Assembly: GCF_009834535.1 (NCBI RefSeq)
Contig: NC_045696.1
Location: forward strand, 88,104,001-88,168,000
Source of the DNA: Camelus ferus
Lineage: Eukaryota
Reading direction: 5' to 3'
DNA: 64,000 bases
Below are positions 26,850-35,978 of the stretch, one piece after another. Every line of letters starts with the position of its first letter. Within the stretch, counting starts at the first letter, position 1. Made by a program: the position numbers and the translations under genes. The notes below the pieces were generated by a model, which saw only the letters and a list, made by a program, of their open reading frames with translations, made no database searches and had not been told where the DNA came from.

Positions 26850-27260
26850 CAGAGCGCGGACCGTCGCAGGGCCGGAGCGGCATTGAATGGGTGAGCAAGA
26901 CACCCACCTACCTTGCACAAGCCCCGCGGGTAGATGCTGCATTGGGAGAGGCCGCCACCCGCCTGCCTACTGTGTACCATGGCGGCGCCAGAACTTCCGC
27001 ATCAGGGCGGGGGTGTGGTGAGGGGAGCAGCACCCGCCCACCTACTCACCACAAGCGCGGCGCCGGAATGTGACGTCAGGAGGGGCCAGACTAGCCAGCC
27101 TACCAGCACTGGGAGCAACACAGACCAGGGCGCGACGGGAGGGCCTCTGAAACCAGTGAGCGGGATTTCGTGCAGCGGGACAAGGGCAGAAGCAGCGACA
27201 ACCACAGAACAAAAAGGAGGCCCCACTTAATAGCCAGGGCAGGCTCTGGCTGCCACGCAC
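26850..27260. promoter_or_regulatory. CpG-dense segment of outer L1 5'UTR with a full CRE (TGACGTCA, 27071-27078)
   Basis: Many intact CpGs (gagcgcggaccgtcgc, ggcggcgcc, aagcgcggcgccgg, ggcgcgacgg). Confidence 0.55.
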
Positions 27261-29057
27261 TGGTCACACCCTCAACCAAAGGGATAACAGACAAAAGGCA
27301 CAGAAGGAAGACTTGGCAACCACCCATACTTAAAAGGACCTCTTAACAAAATTATTAAGAATGCAGTCTCCACAGGAACACATCCACTTTTTTTTTAATT
27401 TTTAATTTTTAAAAATTTTATAATTTTTTAATCCCTTTTAAAATTTTTTTTAAATTTTTATTAATTTTTAAAATTTGTTTCAATTTGATTTTTATTTCTC
27501 ATTTTGTTCTGTTATTAATTATAGTTTTTAAATCTTTTTTCTTCTTTAAAAAATTTTTTTAGTTTTATTTCCACATCCACTTTCAATAAATAAATAAATA
27601 CGTAAACCCACTCAGAACCACAGTAGATAACTGATACTCCATAATCCATAGTGCCAGAGAGATATAAGTAAAATGAAGTAGAGGAACCACTCCCAATTAA
27701 AAGAACAAGAGGAAAGGAAGCAAGATGGTGGAGTAGAAGGACGCTTGTAGCTCACCCTCTCCCACAAATACACCAAAACTTGTATCTATGGACCTACTCA
27801 GCCAACCAGAGCACCTGCTGAACTTCAACAGAACATCGCCGTCTTCGAAAGACAAATACCCCAAAAACCTGGTAGGAGAAAAGGAAAAAAGAAAGAAGAA
27901 AAAGCAAAACAGTGTGGGACCAAACCCGCGGGGAGGGAGCAGCAAAGGAGAACTGGCGCTCGTTCACTGGGTACCCCCTCTCCAACAGAGAGGCCAGCAG
28001 GACGGAGGGGGAGCTCCGAGGCTCAGATCTGCCCAGAGCACTCCTTGACCAACAGAACTGAGTTAAACAGGCACAAAATGTCCCCGCAACACGCAGCCCG
28101 AGACACGAGCTGGCAGCTGGGGCAGGGACAGGCAGCCTGAGCCAGGCGGAGGACTGGGGCGGCTGCACTGAGACAGCCTCAGGGGACTGCAGGGGGCTGT
28201 ACACCATGGCTGGGAGGGAATATGGAGCAGAACAACCTCAGTCCCCCATAAATTGCAAAAAAAGCAAAGCAGCATGGCTAGTGTGCCCTGGGGCGAGTGG
28301 TGCCATAGCCTTTGTCCCCTCAGACCTGCACCACCATTACTGGTACTTCTCGTGAGAACAGAGGCGGGGTGCAGCCACAGCTGCCATCTCCTCCTGTGTG
28401 CAGCACCTGGGCGGGGGAGGGGCTGAGACCTGAATCCGCACCCGGGGGCTCCGCAACCTCCTAGGCAGGACTGAGACTTGTTTACAACCCAAGGCAGATA
28501 GGATCTTTCTGCCCTGGTCCCTCAGAGAACTTGCTCTGCCAAGACAAACAAGGAGCTGAGAACTGGCATGGAACAGGGGTGGGGCCATTCCATAGTCTTC
28601 TGTGAGCCCGCCTTTGGAGCGCCAACCAGAGGCGGAGTGGGCAGCTGCACAGAGCAGCAGAGCAACTGGAGCCCAGAAAGGGTGAGCAGCCCCCCCCCCC
28701 CCGCCTTCCTGGCAGGAACGCAGCACCTGACCACAGTGCTGGGAGCGGGTGCGATCCGCCCACCTGCCTCGCCCAAGCGCAACATCTGACTGTGGCATCA
28801 GGAGGGGGAGTGACCTGCCCACCCACCAGGTAAGAGCTCGGCACCTGACCCAGTGTTGGGAGGGGGCACAGTCTGCTAGCCAACAGCCACTGGGAGCAGC
28901 ACAGACAAGGGCGCCAACAGAGGGCCTCTGGAAACAGCAAGCTGAGTACGCAAAATGGGGCGAAGACACAAAGACCTCTTGATAAAATCATTAAGAGCAC
29001 ACCATCTCCAGGAGAACTAGATAACTGATACTCCTTAAGCCACAGTGCCAGAGAGAT

Positions 29058-29953
29058 ATGAGCAGTGTGGAGAAGCAGAGGAACCACTCCCAATTAGAAG
29101 ATCAAGAGAAATCCCCTAAGAGCACGATCAAGGAAATAGACATGGATGGACTACTAGATCAAGATTTCAAAAAAGGAGTGATCAAAGTACTGAAGGAACT
29201 AAAAGAAATAGTGTTTAGAGATATAAAATATGTCAAAAATGAAATAGAAACTATAAAGAAGAACCAAGTAGAATTAGTAAACTCGTTTGCTGAGATGAGA
29301 GCTGACCTGAAGGCTGTACAAAACAGTCTGGAAAATGCAGAAGAGCAAATGGGTGACTTGGAGGATGGGACAGCGGAGAGCACCCAATCAGAACAGCTGA
29401 GAGAAAAACAAATAAGAAACAATGAGGGCAAAATAGGGGACCTATGGGATAGTATAGAGCGTGCTGGTCTACGCATGGTGGGGGTTCCAGAGGGGGAGGA
29501 GAGAGCAGAGGGGATTGGGAGAATATTTGGGGAAATCATGACTGAAAACTTCCCAAACCTAAGGAAGTCAGATGTCCAGGTGCAGGAGGCTCAGAGCATC
29601 CCAAACAGGAGGTGCCCAGGCAGACCCACACCAAGACATATCATAATCAAGATGGCCAGATTCAAGGATAAAGAGATGGTCCTGAAGGCAGCAGGAGAAA
29701 GACAATGAGTTACAAGGGAACCCCCATGGGGCTCTCAGCTGATTTCTCTGCACAGACACTGCAGGCCAGAGGAGAGTGGCAAGATGTATTCAAGGTCCTG
29801 AATGAAGAGGGGATGCAGCCTGGGATACTCTATCCGGCAAGGCTATCCTTTGGAATGGAGGGAGGGATAGGGAACTTCACAGACAAGCAAAAACTAAAAG
29901 AGTTTAGCAACACTAAACCCATGCTAAAAGAAATACTGACAGGTCTACTCTAA
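29058..29953 (+). pseudogene. ORF1: L1 ORF1p (RNA-binding/chaperone), frameshifted at ~29705
   Basis: ORFs 29058-29708 and 29705-29953 join into ORF1p: coiled coil, GVPEGEE, ENFPNL, RPTPRHIIIK, LSADFS, LYPARLSF, KLKEF...LKEIL.GLL. Confidence 0.93.
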
Positions 29954-30096
29954 ATAGAAAAGAAGCAGGATGCTACAAAAATGAGAAACTCATAACTGGA
30001 AAGGAGATAACTGCCATGAATTACAAAAAGAATAAACACAAAATTGTAAAAGAAGACATCTAAATCATTAAGAGTGGGAGAGGAAAGCAAGGAAAG

Positions 30097-30459
30097 CCAC
30101 TGTGGAAAACAGTATGGAGATTCCTCAAAAGACTAGGAATAGACTTACCATATGACCCAGGAATCCCACTCCTGGGCATATATCCAGAAGGAACCCTACT
30201 TCAAAATGACACCTGCACCCCAATGTTCATAGCAGCACTGTTTACAATAGCCAAGACATGGAAACAGCCTAAATGTCCATCAACAGATGACTGAACAAAG
30301 AAGATGTGGTATATTTACATGATGGGATACTATTCAGCCACAAAAATCATAACACCATTTGCAGCAACATGGATGTTCCTGGAGAATGTCATTCTAAGTG
30401 AAGTAAGCCAGAAAGAGAAAGAAAAATACCATGTGATATCACTTATATGTGGAATCTAA
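30097..30459 (+). pseudogene. ORF2: L1 ORF2p C-terminal remnant
   Basis: Translates PLWKTVWRFLKRLGIDLPYDPGIPLLGIYP...MFIAALFTIAKTWKQPKCP..., internal TGA at 30292, ends SLICGI-stop. Confidence 0.9.
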
Positions 30460-32351
30460 AAAAAAGACAAATGAACTTATTTACAAAACAGAAACAGACT
30501 CACAGACATAGAAAACAAACTTATGGTTACCAGGGGGGAAGAGGGTGGGAATGGATAAACTGGGAGTTTGAGATTTGCAGATATATATAAAAATATATAT
30601 ATCTGACTAATATATATAAAATAGATAAGCAAGTTTATACTGTATAGCACAGGGAACTATATCAATATCTTGTAGTAGCTTACGGTGAAAATGAATATGA
30701 AAATGAATGTATGTATATTCATGTATGACTGAAGCATTGTGCTGTACATCAGAAATTGACACATTATAAACTGACTATACCTCAATTTAAAAAATGTGAT
30801 ATTGATGAATAAAACAGATGAAAGAAAGCACTTTTGAATTTATGTATTTGTTCTACCCAGAAACTTTTTTTAACCTGCCAATACATTCATGCAGTTGACA
30901 TTTTACAAACCTAGAAAATTAGAAGTCAATGATCCAGCCATGTCATTTCATATTGATTAGTGTGTTCTACACCAGAGATTTCCATCCTTTTTTCCCCCCA
31001 GATCCTTTGACAGAAGCATGGCTACACTGAAGTCACTCCCCAGAAGGCTACACTGTAGAGCCTATAAATAGAGAAAGCATTCCCAGCAAAATGCAGCCAA
31101 AACAAGGCTTCTTTGTATGCGGTCGAGCCAACTGCAGCTCTGTTGCACTACTGGGTTATAAAAATATATTTCATTTTTATTATTTAGCACTGCAGTGCAA
31201 TAGGAGCTTGGGACTACACTCAGCATCATTTAATTTTACTTGAGAACACTTCAGATTGGAATTGGAAAATCACATTCAACTTAATATTTCACCATTTGCT
31301 TGTACTATTTTCATTTTTCCTTTAGGAGAGGAAAAAAACTAAAGTTATATATTCAAATAATTGTAGCAATATCTTTAAAAGTGAGATTAAAAAAAACAAA
31401 GCTGTTTATTGTTCTGCTCAATGTTTTAGGTCGAAGTAGCTTTCTTGATATATAGGGGCATGTTTTTTTTCTATTAAGTATGGGACTTAGATATATTTTT
31501 CTAATCAGCCCTGCCAAGTACTAGATCCTAAACGGGAAAAGTATTAAGGAAATATACAAATGTTTACTATATGACTGATACAGGTAGAGAAAAGCTGAGG
31601 CTGAAGTGAATTATTTAGAATGTATTTAGTTTAAAACACAAGGCCAGCCTAGAGAACAATTTGTTTACAACCAGAATACCACTTAAACTTATCTTACTAT
31701 TTAAAGAAATCCTCCAAAAAGATGTTCTGACTGACTGCATTTTAATAAATGTTACAGTACAAATTTATTAGGAATTTTAAGTCCATGGTGGAGGTGTTCC
31801 AGCTTCTTTAAATTGACATTAAAGGAGACAAGAAAATCCTCCTCTTGGGACCCGGATAGGATTTCAACTCATGGTTGAAAGGTCTAAAACTAAACGAATA
31901 ATAAACTCTCTTGTTGAATCCAGGACCCTATATAATACAGCTTAATATAAAAAGTGGTTTCTCTGTGCAATCAATAAGAAACATTAATCCTTTCCACTTG
32001 AGTGCCAGAAGTTTGCCAAGTCCAAGAAGTGAAAAGAAATTTACTCTAAATAATTAAATTCATTTTTATTCTTCAAGAGATAATATACTAGGTTCATAAT
32101 ATAGAAAAGAATTCTAAATTTGATCACTTGGAACATGCACTGGAGGGAGAGAAGAAAAAGCTAGTTTAAATAACTAAACAGCCCAATAATTGTTTTTTTC
32201 TTCCTCATATAAACCTCATATTGTATTCAACTGATCTTTTCTTTGAGAGAATGGCTAAAAAAAGAAGAAAAGAGATCTTTGTAACATGAATTTTCTTAAC
32301 AAATCAGAATCAGTCTTACAGTCTCCTTTTTCAAGGAAATGTTTTTATTTA

Positions 32352-32570
32352 CAGTTGACCCTTGAACAACATGGCTTTGAACTGCACGGGTCCATTTATA
32401 TGCAGATTTCTTTTCAGTAAATACAGTACTACATGAACTGAAGTTTGTTGACTCGGCTGATGCAGATCCCACAGATACAGAGAACCAACTATGGGACTTG
32501 AGCATCCACGGATTTTGGTATCCAAGGCAGGTCCTGGAACAAAACCTCTGCAGATACTGAGGGACAGCTG
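32352..32570. mobile_element. TcMar-Tigger MITE (Tigger2/MER2-like)
   Basis: TA on both sides; imperfect TIRs cagttgaccct / agggacagctg. Confidence 0.85.
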
Positions 32571-33654
32571 TATGTATCTCTAATGATAGAACATCTAGCA
32601 CATTCCAGATAATGAGAGAATACCTTCCCTCTCTGACTCCTGATAATACCTTCTGAAATTAGCTGAATTTAGCCATGACATCATGTCGATTGCCACCATA
32701 ACATAGCACTTTTTTGAATGATTTCCCTTTCACCTCAACTTTTCAACCTTAGCCATCATTAAGACTCAAACTAAGTATGTTTTCCCTCCATGAAGTTTTC
32801 CAAAATAACTCAAAGTAATACTCATTCTCACTCTCCTGACCTCCTCCATCGATTTCCCTTTGGACCATACACATTAGGAAATATACCATATTATCTTATA
32901 TTCTTTTCTAATTGAAACACACGAAAACTTTGTCTCCTTGTAAGATGATGACATTTTTTAAAGCCAAATCCCTCTTATTTATGTCTTTTATAGGTGTATG
33001 ATGTTTTGCTGCTTCCTTCTGTAAACTGAAGCAATAAAAAAACAAATGATTACAATTTAAGTTAAACTTGCTTTATCTTTGTTTTAAAGGAAACACACAT
33101 TCACTGTAAGAGATTCAGGAGTCTGTCATCTAAAGACCGTGAGGGAACTACACTTAAAGTTAAGTGGTTGATCTTTCCAAACTTTTTAATATTTTTTTCA
33201 TATGATAATATTATACTTGATTTCTTGTAATTTTTTTTCACTCAGTAATAGATGATGGACAAGAACACAGATGCATGTTATAGAACTCCTTTGGATACAT
33301 AAGTTATTGTAGTTCCCTCCTGGTGGATATGCAGGTCTCTTCTTACTTAAAAAAGTTTCTGTGAAAAATTTTATGCATATAACCACTTATTTCCTAAGGA
33401 TAAACTTCCAAAAGTAAGCACCTTAAGTGTATAGATATCTCAGTCCAGTACTTGGTAGACCTCACAACACTGTAAGACCTCAGTAAGTCTTAGCTGGGGT
33501 TATAGTGCTGATATTGTTGGATACAAACAATGGTATATTTTATTAATTGTTTTAAAGGACCACCTATAAAATTGAACCAATTCATTAACACCGTTGGTGT
33601 ACAAAAAATGTCCATATGCTCATAACTCTGTTCATTTTTAATGCTTGATATTTT

Positions 33655-34068
33655 TGGTAAATATTGCTACTGCTCACCAATATTTCCAATTCTCCCCTCC
33701 TTCCAGGTACAGGGGAGGATTACACTTCTCCACCTTCTTGAAGGTAGCTGTAGCCAGATGCCTTGTTTTGACCAATAAAATTGAGTAGGAATGACTTCTG
33801 TCAGTTCTAGATAGAAGCATTCAAGAGCAGGTGCAGAACTCTGCCTGATTTCTCTCCCCTGGCCCCATTATCTAAGGAAGTCAGATCTTCAAGACAGTGC
33901 TTCTATAACATAGCAGATTGGCTGAGTTGCGGCCTAAAGTACAGATACCTCAAAGACCCTCCCAGACCTGCAGAGAACTGCATCCCAAGTAAAAAGTCAT
34001 TTGTGAAGCCTCTAAAATTCAGGGGTTGTCTGTGATCTCAGTAAATCTAGCCTAGCCTAACTGATAGA
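33655..34068 (+). mobile_element. MaLR LTR (MLT1I/J-like)
   Basis: ttgttttgaccaataaaattgagtagga...ttgtgaagcctctaaaattcaggggttgtctg...ctagcctagcctaactgata. Confidence 0.7.
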
Positions 34069-34504
34069 ACTGTCTAGAAGATTCCTACCACATGATTCCT
34101 TTAGTTACTAATAATCTTACACATCCCATCATTTCATTTTTAAATGGGGTTGGGAGGGAACTGCCTATAAATGTTTTTTAGGAAAGCATTTGATTTTTAA
34201 CCATTCACTTTTAGCAACTGCTATTAATCCATCCCTTGCCTCATCCCAGACGCTCAGAAATTCTGTGACACTTGAGCACAGTTAAAGCCTCAGGAGTCTC
34301 TGAGATGTCTATGATCTTGTTCAAAAATCAAAGCACAGCTGCTGCATTATTATCTTGAAATACCTACTAAAATGGCACCTAAGTATGTAAGCATCAGAAT
34401 GTCCTGCTCGTCTCTTGAATATTCTCCACAGCACCTAGCACATTGTTATCTAGTAATAATTCAAAATAATAAAACTCAATAATAATTCTAAAAGGGTTTT
34501 CATA

Positions 34505-34640
34505 AGATGAAAACTATCAGAGACCTTAGAGTGTTTAAGTTCAATGACCTTGTTTTACAAATGAGGACAGCGAGACACCAGTGGAGGAAATAGCACAGCT
34601 TCCAAAGGAATTGGAGCCATCACGGATCTCCCACACTGCA
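34505..34640 (-). mobile_element. MIR-family fragment
   Basis: agagaccttagag...ttgttttacaaatgaggacagcgagacac. Confidence 0.5.
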
Positions 34641-35699
34641 GTGAAGAAAGTGCTCCAAACCCCATCCCTAGAGGTAGTGCGAGCAAATTACATAGTGAGC
34701 TTAAAATGCTGTATTTCATTGTTAGACTATCCTTGAATACTCAAATACAACTCTATGGTTTACTGATTTTGGAAGGGAAAGGGAGAATAAAGAACTCAAA
34801 CTTACTTTTGTTCTCTAGCCAGCTAGCCTTCTATGAGTTTTCAGAATTACTGGGCAGACTACCCCTCACCATCTTATTTCAGAAGAGACTGTTCATCACA
34901 AACAGCAAGAGTTAAGCCAATGACAATTATTTTCCACCACAGTGATTGGTGTTACCACACCTACCAATAAAACCCATCAGCTTCAGGGCATTTTATGAGG
35001 CCAGTTCTCATCTAGGTGTGACAGACTGAATCTTTGAACATCATCATTAAAATCAATGGGAGCTCTAACAGAGTCAGGAGTGTGGAATGGGTTGCACTGG
35101 CTCTGAAACTGCTGATGTTCATTTAAGTCCACTGTTCATTTTGCAAGCAGAAAGATTTATCCCATCTGACAGAGCAATCCAAAGAATCTCTCCAGCCCAG
35201 ACTATTCAGTCCTGATCAGAAAATTACAAAAAAGCCAATAATTGCATGTTAAATTATATTTTCTTGCACTTGTCTGCTCGCTCCTTATGTTACAGTCACT
35301 AGTCTTCACCTGGTTAGGAATAGGGATTCATTACCAAGAACTCACCCCAATATGCCCTGAAGTCAGGACCCCTACAGAAAGAGAACATACCTCCTGGTTA
35401 TCGAGAGAACGGACACTCATGTGGGTTAGATTGTTCCTGAGCTGCTCCAGTGGTTAACCAAGATACTACAGCCAGTCAGAAACTTGAAAGTCACTAGCGG
35501 TCTGTTCCTAGATATGCAGGGATCTCCTTGCAGGGCTAGATTAACCAAAAGGAGCATGTCCTTGGGGACCAGAGGGTCAGAGAGAGCAGGACATCTAGGA
35601 AGAATTTAAGTTTTGTACCATTTCAAAAAATATTTAAAGTTTAGGATTTTTTTAATTGCATTTAGTATGGGGAAATAGCATCCTGTGTTCAGAGCTTGA

Positions 35700-35978
35700 G
35701 TCCTCTCAAGCACTGTTTCTCTAGTGACCAGTGATGGAAGAACAGTTTTGTTGTGTTTTTTCCCCTAATCCATCACGGACTGATGAAGCTTTGAATTTCA
35801 ATAAAAATTAATTACTGTAAAAAATCATTAAAAATTGAGATATATAAAATATAAGCCCAAACTTTTTTCATTGTTAGATTCAAGCTACACAAAATTGCTC
35901 AAACTGCTATAAAGATTTCCAAACACTCACCTCATGGCACACCAGAGTGGCTCTACAGACCCCACTTGGAGTAGGGCA
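35700..35978. mobile_element. hAT-Charlie-derived fragment (MER119-like)
   Basis: aaaatataagcccaaac...attgttagattcaa...gaccccacttggagtag end. Confidence 0.5.

Larger units (their letters stand above)
25949..27710 (+). mobile_element. L1 5'UTR copy 1 (outer) plus first ~50 nt of ORF1
   Basis: Starts ggggacttttCAAGATGGCagagtagaaggac (L1 start, YY1 motif); homologous to 27711-29108; T-rich tract 27387-27570; ends in ORF1-start paralogue agaggaaccactcccaattaaaagaacaagag. Confidence 0.9.
27711..30791 (+). mobile_element. L1 copy 2 (inner): full 5'UTR, ORF1, ORF2 almost entirely deleted, intact 3'UTR (half-L1-like)
   Basis: Second caagatgg..gagtagaaggac start at 27721; ORF1 29058-29953; jump to ORF2 C-terminus at ~30096; 3'UTR ends actgactatacctcaatttaaaaaa. 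Confidence 0.93.

Noticed and set aside
28337..29093. Long antisense ORFs (210 aa and 203 aa) in the L1 5'UTR, superficially like primate ORF0
   Set aside because: GC-rich sequence has few stops, several overlapping frames are open, starts are non-ATG, and no domain is recognisable.
31136..31222. miR-301/130 family gene
   Set aside because: Only the first ~11 nt of the mature sequence match, and hairpin geometry differs.
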